63,442 nt of DNA, filler included, from Welwitschia mirabilis (GCA_051453625.1; 7 parts of one record of this genome joined end to end with filler, not necessarily neighbours in it); one strand, 5' to 3'. Shown: positions 1 to 13,245, counted from the first letter of the whole stretch. A program made the numbers and translations. Notes: generated by a model not told the origin, from the letters alone.

Positions 1-513
1 TACCACACGATTCTCAGGAATCCTTTCACCCAAGCCCCACATGTTGTTTACAATGTTGCTTATTTTTGTTGTGAATTCAGCCACAGACTCCATTTCTTCC
101 ATCTTGATATTTTCAAACTTAGTAGCTAGCAATTGAAGTTTAGAATTTTTCACGATGTTTGTACCTTCATGCGCTACTTTCAGAGTGTCCCACATAACTT
201 TGGCACTGGTGCACTGGACTATTTCGTCGTATTCCTCAGTTGACAAGGCACATATTATTGCATTGATTGCTTTGGCATTATTCTGAACTATCCGTTTATC
301 ATCTTCATCTCATTCATCTCTGGCTTTCAAAGAAACCACCTCAGCTATAGTCTTGGTAAGAGGTTGATATCCATATTCTACCAAGTCCCAAATGTCTGGA
401 TGAAGGGATGTTAGGAAGATGCTCATTTTGGATTTCCAATGAGCATGATTGTTGCCATTAAAGAATGGTAGCCTTGAAATCGCATGACCTTCCGGATGAC
501 TTGAGGATGCCAT
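1..513 (-). pseudogene. gag: Ty1/copia gag N-terminus (UBN2-type), degenerate; runs off the window start
   Basis: MASSSHPEGHAISRLPFFNGNNHAHWKSKMSIFLTSLHPDIWDLVEYGY; after a frameshift or stop it continues AKVMWDTLKVAHEGTNIVKNSKLQLLATKFENIKMEE, typical of copia Gag. Confidence 0.9.
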
Positions 514-563
514 GAAGATTTTCTTGCAAAGACAAACAGAGGATGCTAATATAGAGCAACCAG

Positions 564-575
564 GCTCTAATACCA
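564..575 (-). promoter_or_regulatory. Primer-binding site (tRNA-iMet), copia
   Basis: Minus strand TGGTATTAGAGC, 2 nt from the LTR end ...TCCTAACA. Confidence 0.85.
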
Positions 576-577
576 AT

Positions 578-933
578 TGTTAGGATCGAAAAGCACCCTG
601 GGGGGGTGTGAACAGGGTAAAATTTAAAACTTTTGCTAAAGATAAATACAACCAGAAACTTCACATATGAAATGATACAAGAGAATAGCAATAAAAATAA
701 ACAAAAGACAATGCACCAAATTTATGGTGGTTCGACAATCCTTGCATTCTCCACTTATAGGGGGCAGCAATGTGCTTTCAGCCTCTTGGTTCCCTTATCC
801 AACACCCAATCACTTTGGACAATACTTTTCTTCAAAGGTTACATTCAATCTCTTTCCCTGGGATGCACGAGCTTGCTTCAACAAGCCTCTAAACAATATA
901 TGAATAGAAGGTTCTGATGGTATGGGTGCCTTT
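578..933 (-). mobile_element. Partial copia 5' LTR, cut by an N gap
   Basis: Starts TGTTAGGATCGAAA on + next to the PBS; aligns with 1194-1552. Confidence 0.8.
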
Positions 934-1033
934 NNNNNNNNNNNNNNNNNNNNNNNNNNNNNNNNNNNNNNNNNNNNNNNNNNNNNNNNNNNNNNNNNNN
1001 NNNNNNNNNNNNNNNNNNNNNNNNNNNNNNNNN

Positions 1034-1193
1034 GATGCTCATTTTGGATTTCCAATGAGTGTAATTGTTGCCATTAAAGAATGGTGGCCTTGAAACCGCA
1101 TGACCTTCTAGATGACTTGAGGATGCTATGAAGATTTTCCTGCAAAAACAAACAGAGGATGCTAATCTAGAGCAACCAGGCTCTGATACCAAT
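1034..1193 (-). mobile_element. Second copy of the gag start plus PBS (tRNA-iMet)
   Basis: Perfect TGGTATCAGAGC at 1180-1191 (minus); SSSHLEGHAVSRPPFFNGNNYTHWKSKMSI. Confidence 0.85.
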
Positions 1194-2407
1194 TGTTAGG
1201 ATCGAAAAGCACCCTGGGGGGGAAGGGGTGAATAGGGTAAAATTTAAAATTATTGCTAAAGATAAATACAATCAGGAACTTCACATATGAAATGATACAA
1301 GAGAATAGCAATGAAAATAAATAGCAGACAATGCACCAGATTTATAGTGGTTCGGCAATCCTTGCTTACACCACTCACAGGGGGCAACAACGTGCTTTCA
1401 GCTTCCTGGTTCCCTTATCCAACATCCAATCACTTTGGGCAATACCTTTATTCAAAGGTTGCATTCAGTCCCTTTTCCTGGGATGCACGAGCTTGCTTCA
1501 ACAAGCCTCTAAACAATATATGAATAGAAGGTTCTAATGGTATGGGTGCCTTTAGCACAATACATCAGCAATTAGGTATAGAAGGCTCTTTGCTCAAATG
1601 ATCACTTATTGAAGTATAAGAAGGATTTGTAGAATAGATTTTACAACAAGGTAGGAATGTTAACCATTACAAGAGTCCTTGAATGGTTTATATAGGCTAG
1701 GACAGAAAGATAGCTGTTGAATCCTTGAGATTGGATCCTTAACCGTTAAAAGTTCATCCCTAGTCGTTGGAACTGCTATCATAGCCGTTTGAACCGCTGC
1801 CCAGGATGTTTGCAAGTTAAACCGCGTCCTTCTGGCGGCTGCAACGTTCATATTTTCTCTTAACGTCATCGAGTCGAACGTCCCAACTTTTTGGACTGGA
1901 CATCCTGGTTGCAATGTTTGATTTCTGAGTTCAACTGGAAAGAATCTTAGACATCGCAGTTTTATGATCGGACGTCCCCATACTTGATCTCCGAGACTGA
2001 AATCGGACGTCCCTATGACAGGCCCGAGCATCCCCATATAATGCAACTGAGTTCAGGGTCAGACGTCCTTGGTAGCAGACCGGACGTCCCCATACATTAC
2101 ATCTGATTTCAAGGTCGGATGTCCTTGTACATTACATCCGATTTCAAGGTCGGACGTCCCAGATAGCAGGACGGACGTCCTCGTACGTTTCATCCGCGTT
2201 CAAGGTCGGACATCCCGGGTAACAGGGTCGGATGTCTTCATATATTTGGCCGTGTACAGGGTAGGACATCCTGAAAAAAATCTTGGACATCCCGAGAGGC
2301 ACAGCTTCTGATTTGCACATTGTTGAGGCACGCCACTGCCTAACTTTTGATCATCATTGAAATATAAAGTCTCTACATCGAAGGTAAAGTAACTTGGGGT
2401 TCCAACA
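1194..2407 (-). mobile_element. Copia (Sirevirus-like) 5' LTR, ~1.2 kb
   Basis: Termini TGTTAGGA...TTCCAACA; adjacent PBS; TATA-like TTTATATAGG near 1687; array of GGACGTCC palindromes at 1870-2295. Confidence 0.85.
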
Positions 2408-2755
2408 ACCCTTGGCCTTGTTTATAAAGGAGGGGACCAATGCATCATTCTTTATTGCCACATTTTGAACTTTTGCTTTGAGATTTTAATAGCTTTTTAC
2501 TTTTTTGCATTTTTGTTGCTAATGGGCAACTTGCCTAGCCATATCTCAATGAAGGTAGGATCCTTAAGTGGGGTTTCAAAGAGGACAACTGGGATGCCAT
2601 CTTGAGAAGTAAGGAGTGAGTCCTCTTCTCTTATGTGTTTCATTTTGAACATCTCTTTCCTTCTTTTCTTCCAAGTCTTTAAAATAGAAAGGAACTCTCT
2701 TGATGGAATTCTATTGTTTATTAGAATCAAGTAGGATGATACTCTCACCCACCTC

Positions 2756-3566
2756 ATGGAATGGGCCACATGTTGCCATCTAGAGAAGAGAGGAGATAGA
2801 AAACATAGGACTATAGATTACTCCTTTTTCTTTGAACACATTAGTAATGACTCTTCCTTAGACTTGAATCTTTGTCGAGCTGGCATTTACGAGTTGATTT
2901 ATTTTCCTATATTCCCAACAAATGTGTGCTTTCCATTTGTGGTTACAAGCATGCGGGTGTACTTCTCTCACAGATGAGGTAAGCCACCCAAGAACACCCA
3001 AGGCTTGGTTGTTCCCTTATGTGTATGAGGCAAAGTTTGCTCATCCCATTCACTTCAGGATTCCTATCTTCATAGACAACATAGGGATAATGTTTGACCT
3101 CCCCTCTAAGACAAGCAATAATAGTCAGCCTTTATGTTTGTCTTGCAGTAAAAACATCCTTTTCCTCTTGGAAGGGTTGAAGATAGTTGAGGTGTTAGCT
3201 GAAACCATGAAGAGTGACAAGGGTATCTTCGCCTACTTGCTAAGGAAGCAAGTAAGGTCCGTCTGTCTTTTTGCTTGCTTCATAATCATGTTGTTCGATA
3301 AGGGAAGCCATATCCCTCGAGTCACCTTTGAGTCCACGTACAATGTGATTAGAGGTGGACTGAGGCATCCTTTATATCCAAACTTTGCGGGTGTCATCTG
3401 CCAGCTGTTTGATAGAGATGATGTGTTGTTCTTTCTACTAGATGGGGAGGCCATCACAGTAAATTCCTTCCTTGGGCTTGGAATCCACACTAGGGGAGCT
3501 CGTCTTAAGAAGTTCTACCTCTTAAATGACACGAGGACATGGGGGGATGGACAAGGAAATAGCTAG
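2756..3566 (+). pseudogene. Gypsy accessory (env-like / plant transposon protein-like) ORF remnant 'X'
   Basis: TIDYSFFFEHISNDSSLDLNLCRAGIYELIYFPIF aligns with the 14907 ORF; IPRVTFESTYNVIR resembles LPCTLFELPTTYNKVMR at ~12070. Family assignment is inference. Confidence 0.5.
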
Positions 3567-4269
3567 CCATGTGCAAGTCTTCCTTGCTAAGGAAAAGGCA
3601 GAAGGGTCGATAAAGGCCTCCTCCTCTAAAGGGAAAGGGAATGCACTAGATGAAGAGGACTTAGAGTTAATTTAAGAACTTGTCAGGTAAGAACAATAAT
3701 CCTTTATCTTCTTTGTGTCTCTTCCCATCCCTTTCTTTCTCTAGTTGTTTGCTTCTTCTGTAGGAGGAGGAGGAGATGACATTACTCTCTTTCAACTAGG
3801 TAGTCTTTCTTTCCCATGGGAAAACTTAGCTTGGAATGTTCTTTCATTCCTTTCCTTTGCTTGTCTAGCTAACTCTATGATAGAAATGTCTTCCTTCTCT
3901 TGAGTGAAAAAGGAGAAGGTTGTCTTCTTGGGGAGAAAGAAGAAGATCAAGAAGTTTGTGACGTAATGCCTTCCCCTTGTAAGTGAAGACTTTGACTTTG
4001 CCTTCTCTTATGCTTGTCCAGGGAGAGAGAAAGAGACTCCTTTGACTTTGCATAGTAGTTCCCTTCAAATATGGCAAGATACATGACATTTGAGGTTTAA
4101 AGCCTAAGGCAACATTATGAGGAAGAGAAGAAGCAAAGCACTTGGGAATTCTAGGAATAACATGGTTGGCTTGCTAAAAGGAACAGGCATCATGAGAGAG
4201 TTGAAGCGCTGAAGAGAGAGGAAGAGGTTGCTAAAAATGAGATAGAGTCTTTGAGGAATGCTATGAAGA

Positions 4270-4390
4270 AGCACTCTTGCTTCTCCAAAAGAGTGGTTAG
4301 AGCAAAAATCATGAAGTTGAAGGAGGAGGGAAGCACTCTTGCTTCTCCAAAAGCAAGGTTAGCACAAAAGTCATGAACTTGAAGGAGGAG
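4270..4390 (+). repeat. ~61-bp direct tandem duplication
   Basis: GAAGCACTCTTGCTTCTCCAAAAG...CATGAA(G/C)TTGAAGGAGGAG occurs twice. Confidence 0.85.
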
Positions 4391-7299
4391 CTAGACAAGA
4401 CACAAAATGTGGCAAAGGGCCAGGTTGAGAAGGGTAACATCCCAAGCTACTTCAAGGGTGGGTTCCAACCACTTCCCTGAAGACATTTGGAGAATGATAT
4501 GTAGATAGCCCAGGATAGTCTCTCTCTTGTGGATCAGACCAAAGTCCTTCAGACTCTTTTTCTTTCTAATAAACCATCACAATGTGTTTTTCTTTTTTCT
4601 CTCTAGGAAAGCTAGATAATAGTGGAGATCAAGAATTTAGACTAGCAACTAGAGATGGCCTTCATGTTGATCAAAAACAACTGTAAGATATGTGTATCCA
4701 AAGGTAGTAGAAGATGTAGGGTGCTTGGTTGGTCCTTGATTGTAATAGAGGGGGTCCTCCTACTAAAATAGTAGCACCCCCCTAAGCGTCAGGCTGGTAC
4801 TCACCCCAGAATGTAGTGTCATGGGTAGGCTTGCTTGATTCTGACACATCCTACGTATTTGATGCAACATGGGGGTCTTATATATCCAATAGAAGATGAG
4901 TAGAGAATGCCCCTTAGATATAGGTAGGCTTGGCAAGACCTCCAATGGTGCCATGCTAGATCACTTGACTAGAATAGTGGTCACTAGCATGGGCATTCGG
5001 CTTGTATTTACACAGTGGTAATAATGTGCATTGCAAGGCCTCTAGATAGGCATTAGGGAAACACTAGGAGGTGAAAGGAGGGAAAGAGAAGGCAAAAGCT
5101 GAGCTAGATAGGAAAGGGGAAGGTCCTCCTCATGAGGATGGAGAAGAGAACAAAGTCAGCTCCACCATCTCAAAGTGTAGGAGAAGATCAGTCTCTTAGG
5201 GACACTGAATCCAATAGCAAAGGTTAAGAGCATGAGCCTGAGTAGGCAGTGTCAGAGAGGGCCTTGTTTGGAGGAGGGGTGCCTAGAAGGTATTTGAGGG
5301 CTAGGGGTAGGCTACTAGGTCGAGGGGGCATGGAAGAATGGGGGTGGGGTAGAGGTCGGGCTCCATGATTGTGGGTGGAAGACTTGAGAAGGAGAGAGCA
5401 GGTGGAGCGAAGAGCGTGAGAGGAGAGAAATAGAAGTGAGGGAAAGGTAAAGGGAAGAATAGAGGAAGAAAATTGAGGGAGGGTTCCTCCTTAGGACATA
5501 GGAGGGAGCTTCAACTTTGGAAAGGTGCCTCTATTGGAATGAAAGGTAGAGGAGAGGAGCACTTGATCCTTTGGAGTAATGGTCTATCATTAGAGTGTTT
5601 TTGGAGAGGATGTTTATCCTATGATGGAGTTGTGTGATGTTGGAAGAAGTCTATAAGGGCCCTTAGAGGACAAAAAGGGCAAGGGATGATAAGAGAGGGG
5701 CTGTTCTATGCCCTAGGCATGGAGATAGAGGAGAGAGACTCCTCCTTCCACTCCTAACACATGGAAGAGGGAAGGCAACTAGAGTGGGGAAGGTGAGGAA
5801 GAATGCCAGGGAGAGGGAAAATAGTTTAATGAAAGGGAAAAGATGGAGGAGAAATGATGAGACAAGGTTCTTTCAAAGGGACCTTCAACCTTGAAGGAGG
5901 GCCTTCACCTAGAAGAAAGAAGGAGGAAGGAGAAGTGTGATCTTTTGGGTTGATGATTTGCAATCAAGGAACTTTGGAGTGGAGGTTTTGCTGAAAATAA
6001 AATCCTATTAGATGTTGGAAGATGTTCTAAGGTGTCTTAGGGGATGAAAGAGGCTAGAGAGGCAACGAGGGAGATTCATTCCATGCATAAGGAGAAAGGT
6101 TGGAAAAAGGTTGGAGAGGAGGGCAAAGGGGCAGAGGAAGAGAAAGGGAAAGGAAGCTATAAAAAAAGTGTTGAGAGAGAGAGAGAGAGGGGTGGGGTTG
6201 GGGNNNNNNNNNNNNNNNNNNNNNNNNNNNNNNNNNNNNNNNNNNNNNNNNNNNNNNNNNNNNNNNNNNNNNNNNNNNNNNNNNNNNNNNNNNNNNNNNN
6301 NNNNNNNNNNNNNNNNNNNNNNNNNNNNNNNNNNNNNNNNNNNNNNNNNNNNNNNNNNNNNNNNNNNNNNNNNNNNNNNNNNNNNNNNNNNNNNNNNNNN
6401 NNNNNNNNNNNNNNNNNNNNNNNNNNNNNNNNNNNNNNNNNNNNNNNNNNNNNNNNNNNNNNNNNNNNNNNNNNNNNNNNNNNNNNNNNNNNNNNNNNNN
6501 NNNNNNNNNNNNNNNNNNNNNNNNNNNNNNNNNNNNNNNNNNNNNNNNNNNNNNNNNNNNNNNNNNNNNNNNNNNNNNNNNNNNNNNNNNNNNNNNNNNN
6601 NNNNNNNNNNNNNNNNNNNNNNNNNNNNNNNNNNNNNNNNNNNNNNNNNNNNNNNNNNNNNNNNNNNNNNNNNNNNNNNNNNNNNNNNNNNNNNNNNNNN
6701 NNNNNNNNNNNNNNNNNNNNNNNNNNNNNNNNNNNNNNNNNNNNNNNNNNNNNNNNNNNNNNNNNNNNNNNNNNNNNNNNNNNNNNNNNNNNNNNNNNNN
6801 NNNNNNNNNNNNNNNNNNNNNNNNNNNNNNNNNNNNNNNNNNNNNNNNNNNNNNNNNNNNNNNNNNNNNNNNNNNNNNNNNNNNNNNNNNNNNNNNNNNN
6901 NNNNNNNNNNNNNNNNNNNNNNNNNNNNNNNNNNNNNNNNNNNNNNNNNNNNNNNNNNNNNNNNNNNNNNNNNNNNNNNNNNNNNNNNNNNNNNNNNNNN
7001 NNNNNNNNNNNNNNNNNNNNNNNNNNNNNNNNNNAGAGAGAGAGAGATGGAATCCCCCAAATGATAGCGGTCGGTTAGGTACCAACAATTACTAATGATG
7101 TATGATTGTTGACAAGCATGTGAGGATACTTAGCAATTATACAGGCAACATTAAAGGGTGAAGTAACCATTGCTGATGTACTAAATTGTATGACACAAGG
7201 AATGACAACATTGCAGTCATCATTAGCATCATTGTTGAGGATGGTGCTATAATTCCTAAGTAGTAATGTTTAATGGCTTCTCCAATGGTGTTGGAACCT

Positions 7300-7800
7300 T
7301 GCATTTAAGCACATGTCTGCATTCGACGACAAGGTGCAAGCATCTTGGATCCATAGAGGGAACAAATGATTGACAATGTTTAAGGTACTTAAGTAGTACC
7401 TTGCAAGATGGGATGTTGGGGTGGTTTACTACCTTCTTTCTGAGATCTGTCACTTGCTAAGGAGAAAGGACGAGAGTCTACTTCTAGTAGTATGAATACA
7501 CAGGGCAATTGCTTATGAGATCGTAGGAAATCCAATATTTGAAGTAGAAGCCCAAAGAGCCATGTCACAAGGCTATGGGGAGATTCCAATAGTTGACTGT
7601 TTGTTGTTCTTCACATGGTTTTAGACCATAAGAGCGAGTTGGTTTCCTATAAGATGGGATGAATTCAAAGACCAAAAGTATTTATATATGATCATGTAGA
7701 ATCGAATTAATTAAAAAACAGCTTGCAAGTTATGGGAGTTGATGGAAGGTTTGGCTAAGGTGAAAAGATTGTGGAAAGCACATGACAACAAAGATGAGTT
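7300..7800 (+). pseudogene. gag: Athila-like gypsy gag remnant
   Basis: TLQDGMLGWFTTFFLRSVT and QYLK*KPKEPCHKAMGRFQ*LTVCCSSHGF resemble Retrotrans_gag motifs (WF..L..SI; Q...E....W.RF..L...CP.HGF). Confidence 0.55.
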
Positions 7801-8948
7801 CAATAGGGATCCTTCCATTAGGAAGAAGAAAGAGGCCGAGGAAATAGAGGCTACAAATAAGGAGATCCGATGTATGACCACTAGTCAACGAGATATCGAA
7901 GAGCTTAGAAGGTTGATAAGTTAATGGGAACATGGAGTTTAAGATTTCCACAAAACAGGCTGAGATTTAGAAGGCATCTACATCATTTAGTCAACTAACA
8001 ATGAGGTCATCAAGCAGAGATAGGGGATTCAAAGCCTTACATAGGCTCAAGGAGATTTGGTAAGGGAGGTGAAGAGTGTGCTTACTTTGTTTTCGAACAT
8101 ACTCCAAATGAATGCCCATTAGCTACTAAGTTTGTTGAGCAGTATGACCAAACTAGGGTTGATGCTTTTAACACTGGAATGTATAAAAGGCAAAGGGTCT
8201 TGAGAGTGTTTATCCTTGAGATTCTTATTAACTTTTAGGTCACAGATGCATGCTAACCAATGTTTATTAGCAATAGTGGAACCAACCTCCATTTCAGTGC
8301 CTTCCACTAGTGTATCCTCCATTGTATCCTATCATATGAAGATCTTTACATCTATGAAGCGGCTTATCAACAATATTATCTAGGCTTTTGAACATCGCTG
8401 CCATATTTACTTTTTAAACCCTTACTATCCTTAAGTGAAGCTAGTGCTAGCTTCTACCATGATTTAGCCTATCAATAATTAGGGCCAACCTTGTTCACCA
8501 CTGTTGCAATACCTTACAATCCAATTTCCCAGACTACTCAATAGGCTTTTTCACAAGGGAAATCAAGACCTCAAACTAAGGTTCTTGCATTACCTCATTA
8601 GTGAACATATCACTGGTTGAGCAGACTGGCTAGGAAAGCTCTTGCTCATATTGCTATAGTCGTTTTCATGCTAATGAATGTTGAGCTAGGATGAGCAATT
8701 TGAAGAGACCTTACTTCAAGGTAGGGAGGCAACAGAACCAAAAGATGTAGCACAAGGCTATTACTGCACCTTTTCCTGTAACCTTTGATTGAGAGATCTA
8801 GATGATCTTGCCTTGGGTCTACTCTCCTCAAAACTTTGTGAAGGTGTGTGTGATGTTATCTTGACCAATCTAATTGAAGTAAAATTGCCATTTAAACACA
8901 AGATTCTAGCACACCCATCAATGATGTGCACATTGGAGATAATCATTT

Positions 8949-10078
8949 TGTTAGGATCGAAATGCTCTAAAAGGGGGATGAATAGAGTATTTAAAAAATT
9001 TAAATAGTTTTATGATCACACTCTAAAAAGTAAATAAAAATGCTGAAGACAAGAAGACACTAGATTTTTATAGTGGTTCAGCAACACTGCCTACTCCACT
9101 CTTAGGGGGCAGCAACTGCTATCAGCCTTCTAGTTCTAATATCCAAATAGATCCAGTTAGTCACCTCCTTCTTCAGTATCTCTATACAAGAGGGAGGACA
9201 ATACAATAATGCTCAACCCAATGAGCAACTCTAAACAGAGAGTTTTTAAGAGAGAGAGAGAGAGAGAGTCTGATGGAGAAGTGCCTTCACAATGCACAGT
9301 GCATTAGCAGTAAAGAATGCAAGGAATGAGATAGCTTAGTTTGGCTTAGAGATCTTCTTTTCTCTTTTAAGCAAGATTATACAAAATAGTTACAGTGCTA
9401 CAAATTTGATTGAGTTTGCTCTATTTAAGCAAGTCAAAGAGAAATAGCTATTGTAGTTTGCCTAGAAAGAATAACCGCATTGGAAAACGTAGTGCATACT
9501 AGCAAAGACCCATTTCTTTATGCAAAAAATGCGTTGGGCGGCCAAACAGATCTGTAACGTTTATCTAGTCGGACGTCCCATACTTTTGACATAGAAATCT
9601 CAGACATCCCATTTTGAGATTGGGATGTCCCACGATATTTGACGTGAGATTTACCCGGATGTGCCAAATTAGAACTCAGACGTTCCCCGTTGAACTGGGT
9701 ACAGATGATGAATTCCATATCCGGACGTCCCGATCTATTGTGTCTGACGTCCCACTTTGCATGAGTCTTTGGTAGTAACTTTCTTGTTCAAACGTCTTGA
9801 TGTACTATGTTGAACGTCCCACTTTGCAGGTGCTTATATGCAATATCCATGAGGAGTCTCGGACATCCCATGGTGAGGGGTCGAACATCCCATTCCGAGA
9901 GTTCTTTTGTGAAAAATCCGTGAGGAGTCCTGGATGTCCCATGGTGAGGGGTCGGACGTCCCATCATGTATTAGTTGGAGATTTTGTTGTTTTTGTCTTG
10001 TTCTTTGAACTCTGAGTTTTCATTATTGAAACTTTTTGATATCTTTAATTTATCGTTAACACATATAAGCATTCCACA
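8949..10078 (-). mobile_element. Copia solo LTR related to the 1194-2407 LTR, inserted in a gypsy
   Basis: Starts TGTTAGGATCGAAA like 1194; GGACGTCC motif array at 9570-9960; ends TTCCACA; TSD not clean. Confidence 0.75.
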
Positions 10079-10559
10079 GTTTACCTAGAAGCAGTCCACT
10101 AGGCGCAGCAACCGAACAAGCTGTGGTGGATGCGGTTCACAAAGCCTATGTTGCAAGTCAACGCAACCTACGATTCTTGGGCTAGTGTTAGCGTCATGTC
10201 TTACACGTCCTCTAGATAACTTCAGTTGGGACTGCTTGTAGAATCAACCACTCATAGGGAAAAGGTTAATGATGTTGTCACTAGATGTAGTGGGGGTGAT
10301 GTTGGAGAAATTTCTAAGTGGTGGACATACTGGAATTAAAGGCAAAGCAAAGGCGTTGGTTGAGCATGGTAGATGGGAAATCAACATTTGGGGGCAATGT
10401 CTAAAATATCTTTAGAGTTGGATTATAGGAGAGTTGTCCACAAAGACATCTTATTTACTAAATTGCCATGCCCACATTGAAATGGGGAAGAGTTGTGAGC
10501 TTTATGAGATAGGAAGTTTTGGCAAGAGCATGCATTGCAAAGGGCTCAATGTGGTGAAG

Positions 10560-11620
10560 GTGTTACCAGGGTTACTAGTTTCAGAGAGGGGTGCTTATGA
10601 GGGAGCATGTGGAGACGCTTTATTGGGAGAAGGGGACTAAGTTCCTTTTAGCGGGATACTCCTAGACTATGTTGTTTAGGAATGCAAGAGATTACTTTCT
10701 TCTTTGTGACAAATGCTAGTGTGTAGGAGGAATGGGGAAAAGCTTGTAAGGACTCCAACAATGGATCGTATCATTGCAACCTATTGATGTTTTGGAATTG
10801 ACTTCATAAGATCAATCAGCCCAATTTCTAATGGGAATGTCTACATTCTGGTATGTGTAGCTATCATACTAAGTGGGCTGAAGCAACAGTGACAAAGGAT
10901 GCTATTGTAGCAACAACTGCTTTATTCTTCAAGCAATGCATCTTGAACTAGTTTGGTATTTTTAAGCTTCTTATCTTAGTTAAGGGGACACACTTCATGG
11001 GTAAGGCGTTCTATAAACTTCTTGTTTTGCAGTGTAAAGTAGAGCTGAACGTCACCATACTGTCCATAGCAAATGGTCAAGCTAAAGTCATGAATAGGGA
11101 GATTTGTAAAACCATTTAGATTAATTAGCAAAAATAAATGGAATGGACGCAATAAACTTCTTGAAGTTTTATGGTCCTATTTTACTTGATGGAAGAATCA
11201 CATGTGCTATGCTTTTTATGAACTTGTTTATAGGAAACTTCCCACACTGCTAATTGAGCTGGGATATTAAACCTTATCGATGATGGCTCAGCGAGACCCT
11301 GATCTCCAAATAGTGAAAAAGGAAAGATTAGTAATACTAAATATTTTGGATGGAAATGGAAGACATGCCTTAATGAAAAACGAAATACCAAAGAAAATGA
11401 CTAAAGAAAGCCATGATAAGAGGCGTAGTGAGTTTGAAGGACATAAGGTGCTAGTGTTCAACCCTCTAATCAATAGCTTATTGGGTTTTTCTTTTATATA
11501 TATTTGATAGGGAAGACTTGTTATAGATTCATTAAGCTTTTCCCTCTAGAGCTGCCAATCCAAGACATGAATGATCCTACAACCACAAAGATTATTAATG
11601 TCCAATACCTGAAAAAGTAT
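10560..11620 (+). pseudogene. int: Gypsy (Athila/Tat-type) integrase remnant
   Basis: Zinc-finger region AGYS*TMLFRNARDYFLLCDKC*CVG; core QPIDVFGIDFIRSISPISNGNVYILVCV..TKWAEA; SPY..ANGQAKVMNRE. Confidence 0.85.
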
Positions 11621-13076
11621 TTGTTGATGTAAATTTTTTTTTCTTAGACGTGGAAAGGACAACAACATCTGGTTTCAAGGGTGAGGTGGCCTAGACTCAT
11701 TTTAGTGGGCCACTAACCCTTAAGGTATAAAGTAATTAGGGAACAAGGTAGAATGTGGGCTAAGCCTAGTGGGTATGCATCATACTAAAAGGGGATTGAA
11801 ATAAGAGAAAAAGGTCAAGGGATGAGATAAAGGAGGACTTCCAAAGGAAGGAGGTATAATGTAGATTATTCCAAGGTGTTCGTCATGGGAAGGGATGGAA
11901 CAAGTGTTAAGGTGAGGAAATACAGGTTCTAATAGGGATCAACTCCCAAGGCTATCGTAAAGATATAGGCAAGTTCTCTAGAAAGGGTGAAAAAGAGTAC
12001 ACCAGAGGGGTGTTCTTCTACTAAGAAGAAAGATCTCTTTTTCTCACAAGAAGGAGGTTGCCTTGAGCAATGTCTTCCATGCACTCTCTTTGAATTGCCT
12101 ACAACTTATAACAAAGTAATGAGAAGAACAAAACTCTTTTATTATAGAACTTCTAACTGTAAAAATATTGATTTTCCCATTCAGGAGAAAGAGAGGGTAT
12201 ACGTAGATCTTCCTAACCATAGAGGGAGGGAGACTACTGAGATATGTGGACAAACTAAAACATTTAGATATTGATAAGCATGAGAAATATCTGTAGACAC
12301 AGAGAAGTACATAGATGAACTTGCTCAAAAGAAAGAAGGGTCTTCTGTTTTCTTCCTAAGTCTTCCTCATGATGGAGATCGTACCAGTAGCTAACCTTAA
12401 TCATGAAGAGAGATTTCCGTGTGCAGTTGAGATTGTTATCCAAGCATGAAAAGGGGAGCCTCGACTTTAAGTTATAAGTGTTGCAATACTAGAGGATGAT
12501 TGGACGGATTAAAAAGAGAGGGTCTCCGAAGCAAGAGAGAAAGGGAAAGACTACCTGTCTTGACTAAGAGCAGATAAGGAGGAGTGACATGGAAGAAAGG
12601 GAAGGGGATGTGACAATGGGCCTGGATAATATCTCTTTTTTGTCTTCAAATTAGCTATGTCCAACAATGTCATAGCTTTTTGGAGACTAAATGAAGCAAT
12701 GATGGAATATTTCGCTAGTCTCTAATGGTGCCAAAGAGGACCACTCCACCAAAATAGTAGTCACTTCCTTGGAGATTAGGTTGGTACTTGCCTAGTGATG
12801 TAATGTCACAGGCAAGCCTGCTTGATTTTGTCGTTGTCTTAGGACGTGATGCAACCATAGAACTCTTCTAGACCTGAAGTAATTGAACTCTGACAATCAT
12901 GCCCTTGGATAAGGAAGTTGGGCGAGAGGGGCCAAAGTACTTTGGAATGAGTTGGAGAACTGAATTTTACAGGAGAAGAGAGCTAGAGGAGGATTTGGAC
13001 TTAAAGGGGAACTGAGTTAGAGACTTGAAGCAGACTAAGGCAGACTGAGGCTGAGAGGTGGGATGGTGGGTTTTAC

Positions 13077-13245
13077 ATTCCACGCCCAGGGTGTGAAAGA
13101 GGTGTATTCCATGTCTAGGGCGTGAGAGAGGTGTATTCCATGTCTAGGGCGTGAAAGAGGTCTATTCCATGCCTATGAGATGAAAGCGATGTATTCCACA
13201 CCTAGGGCGTTGGAGTGCTCTGGATTCCATGCCTTAGATGTGGAA
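13077..13245 (+). repeat. ~30-bp tandem repeat, ~6 units, each a short imperfect palindrome
   Basis: ATTCCA(C/T)G(C/T)C(C/T)AGGG(C/T)GTGAAAGAGGTGT repeated. Confidence 0.85.

Noticed and set aside
417-1552. Apparent tandem duplication of gag start, PBS and LTR
   Set aside because: The copies flank a 100-N gap; they may be haplotypes or paralogs joined by scaffolding, so a true tandem cannot be claimed.
1660-2311. 128-aa and 80-aa ORFs
   Set aside because: Lie inside the GC-richer LTR palindrome array; no domain similarity.
6008-7088. Four 317-350 aa ORFs in the ORF track
   Set aside because: Almost entirely X from the N gap, flanked by GA microsatellite.
13077-13245. CRISPR-like palindromic repeats
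   Set aside because: No unique spacers, no cas genes, eukaryotic retrotransposon context.
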